Assembly: GCA_965221385.1 (NCBI GenBank)
Contig: OZ244885.1
Coordinates: 2,709,314 to 2,773,313, forward strand
Source: Dehalococcoidia bacterium
Lineage (GTDB): Bacteria > Chloroflexota > Dehalococcoidia > Lucifugimonadales > UBA3495
DNA: 64,000 bases
Reading direction: 5' to 3'
Shown here: positions 9,199 through 18,854 of the stretch, piece by piece
Position numbering within the stretch: the stretch's first letter is position 1
Layout of the letters: every line of letters begins with the position of its first letter
The notes under the pieces: generated by a model
The model's database searches: none
Told to the model about the DNA's origin: nothing
Seen by the model: the letters and a program-made list of their open reading frames with translations, nothing else
Made by a program: the position numbers and the translations under genes

Positions 9199-10587
9199 CT
9201 ACCGCAGGTCCGCAGGCAGCAGATCTGGGTAGAGTTCCGGTTCTATGCCCAGAACCGCCTCCCGCGCCTCCGCTGCCACGAAAAGGGACCCGGTTGCCAG
9301 AATCAGGTCCCTCTCGCCGGCCTCGTTCATGGCCAGTTCCAGGGCCGATGCAACCGTGTCTGCCTGCCCGATCTGTTTGACTCCACTGTCTCGCATCAGC
9401 TCGGAGAGGGCTGTCGGGGCCATGGACCGGGGATGGCGGGAACGGGTAGCCACCGCGCCATCGGCCAAGTCTGATATGGCTTCCAACATGCCGGCGGCGG
9501 TCTTGTCCCGGGAGAAACCGAGCACCAGCAAGAGGCGGCTAAAGTCGAAATACTCCTTCAGGGAAGCAAGCATAGTCTCGACGGAATAGACATTGTGGGC
9601 GCCATCGCACACCACCAGAGGGGCGCGACCCAGCACTTCAAGCCGGCAGGGCCACCGCACTGTTCGCAGACCCTCGATGATTGCCGGCTTTCCGATTCGG
9701 AAGCCATTCTCCTCCAGGGCCTCGGCGACGGCGATGGCGACGGCGACATTCTCCAACTGATGTCGGCCCAGCATGGGGGTGGTCACCTGGTAGTAATCCC
9801 GCCGCCCGCAAATATCGGCGGACTGGCCCTCCGGCCCACAACTGACGCGATTCCAGGTCACGTCCCGGCCAACCAACGTTACGGGAGCCTGCTTCTCCGC
9901 CGCTACGTCCAGCAGAACTTTCAGCGCGCCCGGCCTCTGTGGGGCCACCACCAGGGGGACTTCTGTCTTGATTATTCCCGCCTTGTCGGCGGCAATTTCT
10001 TCTACCGTATCCCCCAGGATGGCCATGTGGTCCAAGCTGATGGAGGTAATGGCGCAAGCCTCAGGGTGTACCACGTTGGTGGCGTCAAGGCGGCCGCCCA
10101 GCCCCACCTCGATGGTTTGAAAGTCCACGGAGCATCGGGCGTAATGCTGGAAGGCCATGGCGGTTAGGAATTCAAACAGCGTCACCGGCCCCAACTCCGT
10201 TACCCGTTCCAGTTCTGCCGCCGAATCGGCCACCGATGAAACCAGGTCGGCAAAATCCGATTCCATCACCGGCTTGCCATCCAGGCGGATACGTTCCCGA
10301 AAGGTGTGCAGGTGGGGGGATGAGTAGAACCCGGTACGGTAGCCGGCAGCAGCCAGGATCGAATCGACCATGGCGGCGGTACTGCCCTTACCCTTGGTTC
10401 CGGCGATGTGAATCGTCGGCTGGGACAGGTGAGGGTTGCCCATGACTTGGAGGAGGGCGGTCACCCGTTCCAGGTCGTAGATGCGCTTTTGGCGGGGTAC
10501 GACAGGAGACTGCCTTTCGTGGTCCACCAGTTTCAACAGGTAGTCCACGGCCTGCCCATACGCGGAATCCGGGTTCATGGCGTTCAT
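9199..10587 (-). CDS. folC: Folylpolyglutamate synthase / dihydrofolate synthase
   Basis: IHIAGTKGKGS P-loop and Mur-ligase-like layout. Start set to ATG 10587 (MNAMNPDSAYGQ), 4 nt after the upstream gene's stop. The ORF-track extension to 10740 overlaps the neighbouring gene. Confidence 0.88.
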   Translation of the reverse strand: MNAMNPDSAYGQAVDYLLKLVDHERQSPVVPRQKRIYDLERVTALLQVMGNPHLSQPTIHIAGTKGKGSTAAMVDSILAAAGYRTGFYSSPHLHTFRERIRLDGKPVMESDFADLVSSVADSAAELERVTELGPVTLFEFLTAMAFQHYARCSVDFQTIEVGLGGRLDATNVVHPEACAITSISLDHMAILGDTVEEIAADKAGIIKTEVPLVVAPQRPGALKVLLDVAAEKQAPVTLVGRDVTWNRVSCGPEGQSADICGRRDYYQVTTPMLGRHQLENVAVAIAVAEALEENGFRIGKPAIIEGLRTVRWPCRLEVLGRAPLVVCDGAHNVYSVETMLASLKEYFDFSRLLLVLGFSRDKTAAGMLEAISDLADGAVATRSRHPRSMAPTALSELMRDSGVKQIGQADTVASALELAMNEAGERDLILATGSLFVAAEAREAVLGIEPELYPDLLPADLR

Positions 10588-10591
10588 TACT

Positions 10592-11545
10592 CTAGTGATC
10601 CCTGATGTGGGCGGGCATCTGGCCCAGGTTAATCCGCAGGGCGTCGCCAAGGGTAACCTTGTTGACGAATCCGATGTTGCCATCCATGGGGTTGGGTCTG
10701 AACCCGAAGGTCTGCTCCACCATGCCCGGGTCAGCCACATTGCGAACCCGGAGCATCTTCAGCATTTCCGAGTTTATCGGTGGCCTGGACATCACCAATT
10801 CCATCAGGGCCACGTTCATGCGCATCAACCATATCGGCAAATGAACCCGCGCCCGCCGCTTGCCCATGGTCCTGGAAATAATTGCCACGATCTGGTTGTA
10901 GCTGAGCTGTTCCGGGCCGCCCAGCTCCAGGGTGTGACCATGGAGGTCATGGCGGCTGAGGGATAGGGCAAGGCACTGGGCCAGATCTTCCACCCAGATG
11001 GGTTGGAGGCGGTTGCGGCCGCCGGCGACTACAGGAACCAGGGGGAAGAGCCGCACCAGGGCCGCCAGCGAGTTGGTGAATTCGTCGCCTTCGCCAAAGA
11101 TCAGCGAGGGCCGGACAATGGTGTATGGCAGGCCACTGTTGATGATGGCCTGTTCCGCCTGCCACTTGCTGCGCAGGTAGGGCAGGCCCGGGTCGTTCAG
11201 GGCGCCCACGACGCTCACAAAGACGAACTGGCTCAATCCACCGGCGTTCTGGGCCACATTGACCAGGGTTTCCGTGCCGACCCGGTTTATGGTGTCGTAG
11301 GTTGCCCCGCCGCTCTCCCGTATGACGGCCACCAGGTGCACCACCTGGTCTATTCCCTGAATGGCGCTTTCCAGAACCTCCGGATCACCGATCGAACCGT
11401 AATGAATGTCCACCGCCCGCTGGTCGAACATTCGCTCCCGGCCGGGAGTGTGAACCAGGCAGCGCACCTGGTAGTTGTGGTCGATCAGCTTCTGTACCAC
11501 CCGGCGGCCCAAGAACCCGGTGGCGCCCGTAACCAACACCGTCAT
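10592..11545 (-). CDS. NAD(P)-binding SDR-a/NDUFA9-like epimerase/dehydratase family protein
   Basis: MTVLVTGATGFLGRRVV Rossmann start. Confidence 0.8.
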   Translation of the reverse strand: MTVLVTGATGFLGRRVVQKLIDHNYQVRCLVHTPGRERMFDQRAVDIHYGSIGDPEVLESAIQGIDQVVHLVAVIRESGGATYDTINRVGTETLVNVAQNAGGLSQFVFVSVVGALNDPGLPYLRSKWQAEQAIINSGLPYTIVRPSLIFGEGDEFTNSLAALVRLFPLVPVVAGGRNRLQPIWVEDLAQCLALSLSRHDLHGHTLELGGPEQLSYNQIVAIISRTMGKRRARVHLPIWLMRMNVALMELVMSRPPINSEMLKMLRVRNVADPGMVEQTFGFRPNPMDGNIGFVNKVTLGDALRINLGQMPAHIRDH

Positions 11546-11744
11546 TCATTTTCTCCCGGCAGCGCGGGGCTTTCGGCCAGCGTAATCATTCGGCATCGAT
11601 TCCCTTGTCTCTCCAATATTGTAATATAAACGGCGTTCAGTTGTCCGCCAATGTTCCTGAGGCCGAAGTCGGGCCGTAACGCAACCGCGCCAGGCCGCAC
11701 TCCTCTGACGGCAATGGCAAGACAGAAACCTGGAGGCCAGACCC

Positions 11745-12683
11745 ATGAGCGATTCCCGTCTTCATTTTGGGGCCAGCGCCGTGCTGGGAGCCGCCGAAAT
11801 TGCGGCGGAAGCCAGGTGGTTGGAAGACCTGGGTTTCGAGTACCTGTCGGTGGGGGAGCATTTCATGCGGGGTAGCCCTCCGGGCCCTTCCCATGCCTCC
11901 ATACCTCTGTTGGGGGTGGCGGCCGGATCCACGGAAAGGATCAGGCTCCTGACCTCCATCCTGCTGGTTCCCTTCTACCAACCCCTGACGCTTGCCCGCA
12001 TGACCGCATCGCTGGACATTGCCTCCGGTGGGCGGCTGACCCTGGGGGTGGGCATTGGCGGTGAGTTTCCCGTGGAGTTCGAGGCCGCCGGCCTGAATCC
12101 CCGTCACCGGGGCCGGCTAACCGATGAATGTCTGGAAGCGGTTCGAAGGCTGTGGACTGGAGATTCCGTATCCTTCCAGGGAAGGCACTTTTCCTTTCAG
12201 GATGCGGCGCTGAATCCACCCCCGACCCAGAAGCCCAACCCCCCGGTATGGGTGGCGGGCCGAAGGGATGCCGCCATGCGCCGGGCGGTGAGATTTGGCG
12301 AGGGCTGGTTCCCCTATTTTTACAGCCCGGAGCGGTACCGGGACAGCGTTGACAAGATCAGGGCGATGGCCGAGGAAGAGTCCAGGGACTTGTCCGATTT
12401 TCAGTGGGCCTACTTTCCCTACATTTCTATATATGACACGGAACAGGAGGCGGCGGAAGTAGCGGCGGAAGCCCTGGGAGGCAGGTACGTGTACGGCGGC
12501 GACTTTCTGAACATTGTTCGCAACTATTGCCTTTTGGGCACCCCGGAAATGTGCTGCCGGCGCCTGGAAGAGTACATCGAGGCCGGGGCGAGGCACATCG
12601 TCTTCAGCGTGGCCGGCCCCAGGGAAGACCGGGTGCGCCAGATTGACGCCATCGCCTCGGAGATTCTTCCCCGGTTTGCTTGA
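11745..12683 (+). CDS. LLM-class (luciferase-like) flavin/F420-dependent oxidoreductase
   Basis: AEARWLEDLGFEYLSVGEHF plus the TIM-barrel LLM pattern (LGVGIGG, WVAG). Confidence 0.8.
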   Translation: MSDSRLHFGASAVLGAAEIAAEARWLEDLGFEYLSVGEHFMRGSPPGPSHASIPLLGVAAGSTERIRLLTSILLVPFYQPLTLARMTASLDIASGGRLTLGVGIGGEFPVEFEAAGLNPRHRGRLTDECLEAVRRLWTGDSVSFQGRHFSFQDAALNPPPTQKPNPPVWVAGRRDAAMRRAVRFGEGWFPYFYSPERYRDSVDKIRAMAEEESRDLSDFQWAYFPYISIYDTEQEAAEVAAEALGGRYVYGGDFLNIVRNYCLLGTPEMCCRRLEEYIEAGARHIVFSVAGPREDRVRQIDAIASEILPRFA

Positions 12684-12887
12684 GGGGAATTCCTCCCCAA
12701 TGGGAACCATGACTGGAGGAAATGAGGGACGCCCCGGCTGACTGGAACTGGCAAGGCTTGCATCCTATGGTCAGCGGGCATCTGACATAACATCCGTCTA
12801 ATGGTGATGTTGTTTATTGTATAACGGCCCAAAATAGGATAATATCTATTACCTGAATAGACTGATAAAGCCAGCGCTCTTGCCCTC

Positions 12888-14717
12888 ATGGGGCAACAAG
12901 GTGAAGAAATGGTTGCGACAGCCTCCAGGATCAAGCGGGTAGTCCTAGTGCAGCCGGCTTCCGCCGGTGGGAACTTCGAATATATGGCTATTCCCCGCCA
13001 GGGGATGCTGTTCCTCTCGACAGCTTTGGGGCAATGGGAGGAGGGGCCATTCTTCTACGAGCGGGAGATATGGTTTGAAGACCGCAGCGGCCTGATGGAT
13101 CCCGACAAGGATCTGGAAGGGGTTGACGTTCTTCTGGTTACGGCCCTGATTAACGAAGCTCCCAGGGCCTATCAGCTCGCCCGCCTGGCCAAGATGTACC
13201 ACCCGGACCTGATTACCATCGGCGGTGGCCCCCAGATGAGTCCCCTGCCGGAAGAGGCCTTCGCCCTGGGGAACTTCGACGTTGTGGTGCAGCGGGAAGG
13301 GGAAGACATTATCGCCCCTCTATGCGACCTGTTGCTGACTCACCCTGCCGAAACCAGGGAATCTTACCTGGACAATATCCCCGGCATCAGCTATCGCAAG
13401 GATGGCCAGGTGGTACAGACGCGACGGCGCGGCCTGGTGGACCCTGCCTTCGCCGAGTTGCCCGATTACCGTTCCATCAAGGACCTGTCCCCTCAGCACC
13501 CCATGCCGGGCGGAGTGCTGGAAACGGTGCGGGGTTGCACCGAGAACTGCACCTACTGCCAGGTCATTCAGCAGTTCTTGGGCTATCGGATGATACCCAG
13601 GGAGACGGAAATCAAGCGCCTCCAGCAGTTGCAGGAACTGGCCGATGAGGGCCTGCTCCATACCTCGCGCAATGGCCGCTTCAACGTGTTCATTTCCGAC
13701 GACCTGCACACTCCGCCCCTGAGGGCCGTGAAGTTCCGGAACGAGCGTCTCGAACGGCTGAAGAACTGGAAGGGCCACACGGACAATATGTACATGATCT
13801 GCCAGGCCAGGGCAGAGATTGGGCAGGACCCGGAATTGGCCACGGCCATGGCCGAAGCCAACATCAAGATGCTCTACCTGGGGGTCGAGTCGAACAACGC
13901 CGAAAACCTGCTGGCCGTCAACAAGCGGCAGGAACCCGGCCAGATGGAGCAGGACCTGCGAACCCTGAACTCCATGGCCTTTTCGGTGGTCGCCATGACC
14001 ATAATTGGCCTCCCCTTCGACCGGGAAGAGGACATTATGAACCTGGCGGAATGGGTGACACAGCATAGCCGGTACCAGACGGCGAATTTGCTTACCCCAT
14101 TGCCGGCTACCTCCAACTGGACGGACCTGCAGCCTCTGAACGAGCATGGGGAATTGCTCCAGGAGGGCGAGATTCGTCCCTATCACCTCTACACGGGCCG
14201 CCAGTTCGTCCACTATGACAAGCGCTGGACCATGCAGGAAAGCAGGGAGCTTTTCGACAACTACGCCGCCAAGCTGGTGTCCATCGATGACTTGTACGGC
14301 CGTATTTTCCGAATACTCCGCTCCTACAAGCTGCGGGTGGCCACCTCCGGCAGCGAAATGGGGGACAGCATCAGCTCCCGCATAGCGGAAGCGTCCCAGC
14401 ACTTGCAGACCTGGGCCGACCCGGTTTCCGTGGCGGGAAAGGAGTTCGGCCATAACATTTCCCAGCGCGTTGACGAGTTGGCCGAGACCCTTAGGGGCAT
14501 GTCACAACCCCTCGCCAACGCCCGCCGGGACCTGGCCGACAATATTAACGCCCAGGTCAATGAGCTTACCGAGACTCTCAAGACCATGTCGGACCCGGTG
14601 AGCGCCAGCAGCAAGGAACTGGCGGACCACGTGTCGCTGAAGATTTCCGAAATTTACGACATGATTAACAGCGTCGTCACGGAGTCTTCCACCCGTCGGC
14701 GTCCCGTAAAGGAATAG
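12888..14717 (+). CDS. B12-binding-domain radical SAM enzyme with C-terminal 29-aa repeat tail
   Basis: N-terminal Rossmann-like B12-type domain (VVLVQP...DVLLVTAL...ITIGGGPQ). Intact CTENCTYC (CxxxCxxC) at 13536-13559. Alternative start at ATG 12909 after AAGGTGA. Confidence 0.85.
   Translation: MGQQGEEMVATASRIKRVVLVQPASAGGNFEYMAIPRQGMLFLSTALGQWEEGPFFYEREIWFEDRSGLMDPDKDLEGVDVLLVTALINEAPRAYQLARLAKMYHPDLITIGGGPQMSPLPEEAFALGNFDVVVQREGEDIIAPLCDLLLTHPAETRESYLDNIPGISYRKDGQVVQTRRRGLVDPAFAELPDYRSIKDLSPQHPMPGGVLETVRGCTENCTYCQVIQQFLGYRMIPRETEIKRLQQLQELADEGLLHTSRNGRFNVFISDDLHTPPLRAVKFRNERLERLKNWKGHTDNMYMICQARAEIGQDPELATAMAEANIKMLYLGVESNNAENLLAVNKRQEPGQMEQDLRTLNSMAFSVVAMTIIGLPFDREEDIMNLAEWVTQHSRYQTANLLTPLPATSNWTDLQPLNEHGELLQEGEIRPYHLYTGRQFVHYDKRWTMQESRELFDNYAAKLVSIDDLYGRIFRILRSYKLRVATSGSEMGDSISSRIAEASQHLQTWADPVSVAGKEFGHNISQRVDELAETLRGMSQPLANARRDLADNINAQVNELTETLKTMSDPVSASSKELADHVSLKISEIYDMINSVVTESSTRRRPVKE
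14370..14690 (+). repeat. About 3.7 tandem 87-bp (29-aa) coding repeats in the radical SAM C-terminus
   Basis: ISSRIAEASQHLQTWADPVSVAGKEFGHN / ISQRVDELAETLRGMSQPLANARRDLADN / INAQVNELTETLKTMSDPVSASSKELADH / VSLKISEIYDMINSVV. Confidence 0.75.
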
Positions 14718-14945
14718 CCTGCGCCGAGTCGGGCGTCCCTATTGGTAATGCCGGATTTCTGCCAGCGTTTTTTCGCCCAGCCGCAAGCCCCACGGGAGCT
14801 ATGGGCTGGCCGGGCCGTGGGGACGGCAAAGGCGCGGGTCTCCGAGGATGATGGCGGTTGAATCAATCGGCCATCGCATAGCGGTTGATATGGTTGAACT
14901 GCTAACCCGGCACCGCCACTGGCTGTCGCCGGAACAAAGGATAGA

Positions 14946-16202
14946 ATGAGCGATACCTCGCAAAGAGTAATGGTGACCGGGTTGGGAGTTATCAGCCCGT
15001 TGGGACTGGATATTCAATCCACCTGGGAAGCCATAATTGCGGGAAAATCTGGCATTGATTTCATAACTGCCTTCGATACTGCCGGCTTCGACACCACCTT
15101 TGCCGCCGAGGTTAGGGGATTTGAGCCCGAGGCATACCTTGAACGCAAGGAAAGCCGGCGCATGGATCGATTCGCCCAGTTCGCCGCCGTCGCCGCCCAG
15201 GAAGCCTGTCGCCAGGCAGGACTGGACCTCTCCAAGGAAGACCCCTTCCGGGTGGGCGCCATCATCGGCAGCGGCATTGGCGGCATCCTGACCCTTTCCC
15301 AACAGTTTGACGTGCTTCGAGACCGGGGTCCCCGTAGAGTAACCCCCTTCCTCATACCGATGATGCTGGGCGACATGGCCTCGGCCCAGGTGTCCATGGT
15401 TACCGGCTCCATGGGCGCCAACTATTGCGTGGTGTCCTCCTGCTCCAGCGGCGCCGATGCTCTGGGCCAGGGGTGGCAGATGATCCGGCGGGGCCAGGCC
15501 GACATTGTGCTTGCCGGGGGCAGCGAAGCGCCCATAGTTCCCGTGGCGGTGGCCGGGTTCAATTCCCTCCGCGCCCTGTCCCGCTTCAACGAGGACCCGC
15601 CCCGGGCCAGCAAGCCCTTCAACCGAGACCGGGACGGCTTCGTCATGGGCGAGGGTTCGGCGGTCCTGGTTCTGGAGAGCGAGGAGCGGGTAAGGCAGCG
15701 GGGAGCCACGGCCCTGGCAGAACTCCGAGGCTACGGCGCTACATCGGACGCCCATCACCTTACGGAACCAAACCCCACGGGCCAGAGCGCCGCAAACGCC
15801 ATCCGGCTTGCCTTGGCCGCCGCCTCAGTGGACGTTTCCGAGGTTGACTACCTGAACGCCCATGGCACTTCCACCCCCCTCAACGACTGGCAGGAAACCA
15901 AGGCCATCAAGCTGGCCATGGGGGAAGAGGCGTACCGGGTTCCCATCAGTTCCACCAAGTCCATGACTGGTCACCTGCTGGGCGCGGGTGGAGCATTGGA
16001 AGCGGCCCTGTGCGTCAAGTCCATTCAGCACGACACGATTCCCCCCACCATAAATCTGGTGGACCCGGATCCTGAGTGCGACCTGGATTACACTCCCCTT
16101 TCGGCCCGCAACGCCCGGGTGAATGTGGCCATGAGCAATTCCTTCGGATTTGGCGGCCATAATTCAGTGCTGGTATTCACCGACCCCGGCTGGGCCTCCT
16201 AG
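14946..16202 (+). CDS. fabF: Beta-ketoacyl-ACP synthase II (copy 2)
   Basis: VSSCSSG active-site Cys, [16 protein letters not shown] and SFGFGGHN motifs. Confidence 0.93.
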   Translation: MSDTSQRVMVTGLGVISPLGLDIQSTWEAIIAGKSGIDFITAFDTAGFDTTFAAEVRGFEPEAYLERKESRRMDRFAQFAAVAAQEACRQAGLDLSKEDPFRVGAIIGSGIGGILTLSQQFDVLRDRGPRRVTPFLIPMMLGDMASAQVSMVTGSMGANYCVVSSCSSGADALGQGWQMIRRGQADIVLAGGSEAPIVPVAVAGFNSLRALSRFNEDPPRASKPFNRDRDGFVMGEGSAVLVLESEERVRQRGATALAELRGYGATSDAHHLTEPNPTGQSAANAIRLALAAASVDVSEVDYLNAHGTSTPLNDWQETKAIKLAMGEEAYRVPISSTKSMTGHLLGAGGALEAALCVKSIQHDTIPPTINLVDPDPECDLDYTPLSARNARVNVAMSNSFGFGGHNSVLVFTDPGWAS

Positions 16203-16218
16203 CAGGGCTGGATGTTCC

Positions 16219-16785
16219 ATGTTTCGCCGCCATCTTCCTCAACCCGATGAAGAGCTGCCGGTCTTCACCAAGAAGGAACGAATAGCAGCCACCATCGCCC
16301 ACGCTGCCCCTTTGCTGTGCCTTTCGCTCTTTCCCCTCCTGGGCCACATTGGATTCGCGATTCTGCCCAGCCCCGTAATTGCCTACGTTGTGTCCCGGTC
16401 TTTTCGTAGAAGCCAATCCATCTGGGGCGCATTCCAGGGGATGCAGGCCACGCTGGTTCACCTGATCTTGGTGGTTCTGGTTTTCGTGTTCCACTTCACT
16501 ATAGAATCCGCTGGCGGGGAGGGTGGCATACCGTCGCAAGTTGCCCTGGTGGCCTTTGTGTCGGCATTCCTGCTGTTCCTCTACACTCTGTGGGCGGCCT
16601 GGGACACGGCTTGGGGTTACGACTTCCGGTACATCTTCATCAGCAATTTTGTTGATCGTATAACCGCCGCCAACCTGGACCGGCAGGAAACGCGCCGGCG
16701 CCGCAGCGAGGCCCGCGAACCGGGAAACTCACCTCCCCCTTCCAACCCACCAGCCTCCAACCCGCCGACCGACCAGACTCACTGA
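16219..16785 (+). CDS. Membrane protein (DUF4870/Tic20-like) with Pro/Asn-rich tail
   Basis: Start set to ATG 16219 (MFRRHL), downstream of the fabF stop. Contains ERIAATIAHAAPLL and four hydrophobic helices. C-terminus is PPPSNPPASNPP. Confidence 0.6.
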   Translation: MFRRHLPQPDEELPVFTKKERIAATIAHAAPLLCLSLFPLLGHIGFAILPSPVIAYVVSRSFRRSQSIWGAFQGMQATLVHLILVVLVFVFHFTIESAGGEGGIPSQVALVAFVSAFLLFLYTLWAAWDTAWGYDFRYIFISNFVDRITAANLDRQETRRRRSEAREPGNSPPPSNPPASNPPTDQTH

Positions 16786-16980
16786 CACTTGCCCGTAGCC
16801 GGCAATCCCCTCCATGGTATAACCTGCAACTGCTTTAGGGCCGGCCACCGGGAACCGCTCGGTTAGGTCAAGCGGGTGGCCAAATGCCGGACTTGGCCTT
16901 ACCCGACTCAATCGAGGGTTCTTGGCAGTTAATTGGTCGGCTGCCGCGCAAATGTCGCCTTAAGGTGGTGAGTACCTTTC

Positions 16981-18708
16981 ATGCAGCGTACCGCCTCAAA
17001 ACAATGGGTATGGAAAGTATCCTCCAACAGCTCGCAATCATTTTGGGCAGCGGGGGGAGCGCCTCCGGCCCTTGCCCGGGTTCTCGAAAATCGGGGTATT
17101 TTCGATGAGCAACAACTCCGCTTCTTTCTGCAGCCGCCCCACCGCTTGCCCTATTGTCCCCTCCGGCTGAGTGGGATGGAACCGGCTCTCCGGAGGCTGC
17201 TACAGGCGGTGGAAATGCCCCAGTCGGTTAACGGTCCCACACGGGTTGGCATTGTGGGAGATTTTGACGTGGACGGGATCACCGGGGCCGCCATACTGGT
17301 GGAGGGCCTGTCCAACCTCAACGTGGCTACAGTTCCCTACATCCCCCATCGGGTGGCCGAGGGCCATGGTCTTTCGGAGGAGTCGGTCCGGTACCTTTCG
17401 GCCCACCAGGCAGACCTGATCATAACCGTGGATTGCGGGGTATCCTCCCATCGCGAGGTGGACCTGGCCCAGTCTCTGGGCATGCGGGTGATAGTAACGG
17501 ACCACCATGCACCGCCAGCAGTCCTACCGAATGCCCTGGCCCTCATTGATCCCTGCTTGCCGGGCAACGAATATCCCTTTCCCAAACTGTGCGGGGCGGG
17601 GCTTGCCCTCAAGCTGATGCAGGGTCTATATGAGTGGCTGGGTCAGCCCATGCCCCGTTCCCTGCTGGAACTTGCTGCCCTCGGTACCATTGCCGACATG
17701 GTGCCCCTGGTGGACGAAAACCGGTTTCTGGTTCAGGAAGGCTTAGCGGAACTTTCGCTGACCCGGCGACCCGGACTTAAGGCCATCTATCGGTACGCCG
17801 GGCTGGAAGGTTCGCCCATTACCGCCGAAACCGTTGCGTTCCAGTTGGCTCCCCGGCTGAATGCTGCTGGTCGTATGGGCCACGCCGGGGACAGCCTGCG
17901 CCTGCTCACGACCAGCGATGAGGCGGAGGCTGAGGAGTTGGCGGCCCGGCTGGAGGAGCAGAATCTACGGCGTCGGGAACTGACAGGTTCTGCCATCGCC
18001 GGGGTGGAGAGCCGCATGCAGGAAATGGACGGCCCACCATCATTCATCCTGGCGGAGGATGCCAGCGTTACCCCAGGCATAGCGGGACTGGTAGCAGCCC
18101 GGCTATCTCGAACCTTCCACCGGCCGGCAGTGGCGCTGGCTTCCATCGACGACAATACGCTGATGGGAAGCGGCAGGAGCATTCCCGAGTTCAACCTGGT
18201 TGAATCACTGGGAAACTGCGCCGACCTTCTCGTGAGGTTTGGGGGCCACTCGCAGGCTGCCGGTTTTACCATCAGGCCGGATAATGTGGCAGAGTTGCGG
18301 TCCAGGCTGGTCACGCTGGCGGAGGGGAAACTCATGGGGGCTGAGGCGGAACCCACCGTTGAGATAGATGCCGAAGTACAGCCGGAGGAACTTTCCCGGG
18401 AGTTCCAGGCAAGACTGGAGGAACTTGAACCCTTCGGAGTGGGGAACCCCCGTCCAACTTTCCTTGCCCGCCAACTGCCGGTGGTGGAGAGCCATCATCT
18501 GGGCGAATCCGGGCAGCATCTCAAATTGCTGGTGGGCAACGAGGGTTGCCGGATGCCCGCCATGCTCTTCAACCGGGCCGATGAATGGGACTGCAACGCC
18601 GAAGCGGTGGACCTGGTTTACACCGTGAGGTCGGACTCCTGGAGGGGAAGGCGGCAGTTGAGCCTGGTCGTCGAGGACTTTCGCCCGGCTGGTGCAACGG
18701 GTCCATGA
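16981..18708 (+). CDS. recJ: Single-stranded-DNA-specific exonuclease RecJ
   Basis: DFDVDGITGAAIL, ITVDCG, VIVTDHH (DHH motif) and GGHSQAAG (DHHA1). Confidence 0.93.
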   Translation: MQRTASKQWVWKVSSNSSQSFWAAGGAPPALARVLENRGIFDEQQLRFFLQPPHRLPYCPLRLSGMEPALRRLLQAVEMPQSVNGPTRVGIVGDFDVDGITGAAILVEGLSNLNVATVPYIPHRVAEGHGLSEESVRYLSAHQADLIITVDCGVSSHREVDLAQSLGMRVIVTDHHAPPAVLPNALALIDPCLPGNEYPFPKLCGAGLALKLMQGLYEWLGQPMPRSLLELAALGTIADMVPLVDENRFLVQEGLAELSLTRRPGLKAIYRYAGLEGSPITAETVAFQLAPRLNAAGRMGHAGDSLRLLTTSDEAEAEELAARLEEQNLRRRELTGSAIAGVESRMQEMDGPPSFILAEDASVTPGIAGLVAARLSRTFHRPAVALASIDDNTLMGSGRSIPEFNLVESLGNCADLLVRFGGHSQAAGFTIRPDNVAELRSRLVTLAEGKLMGAEAEPTVEIDAEVQPEELSREFQARLEELEPFGVGNPRPTFLARQLPVVESHHLGESGQHLKLLVGNEGCRMPAMLFNRADEWDCNAEAVDLVYTVRSDSWRGRRQLSLVVEDFRPAGATGP

Positions 18709-18750
18709 TGATGCTCATAGGCGGGGCGGCGAACTTGGCTGCCTGACAAT

Positions 18751-18778
18751 GTAGGGGCGCACAGCCGTGCGCCCCTAC
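18751..18778. repeat. REP-like 28-bp perfect palindrome, copy 2
   Basis: Identical to copy 1. Lies between the convergent recJ and phosphoribosyltransferase 3' ends. Confidence 0.9.
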
Positions 18779-18854
18779 GCATAAGACCAGCGCTCTCTCC
18801 GTCACCGCTTCCCCTTTGACCTTTCGAACCTGCATTCGCAGGCCTGGCCGGGCG

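Noticed and set aside
10588-10740. FolC ORF extension overlapping the upstream SDR-like gene.
   Set aside because: ATG 10587 lies 4 nt after the upstream stop codon and gives a normal FolC N-terminus.
12700-12741. A 13-codon ORF (MGTMTGGNEGRPG) upstream of the radical SAM gene as a possible RiPP precursor.
   Set aside because: It has no convincing RBS, no Cys/Ser/Thr-rich core and no leader-like region. It lies in a frame continuing from an antisense-type ORF, and no RiPP recognition or protease/transport genes are nearby.
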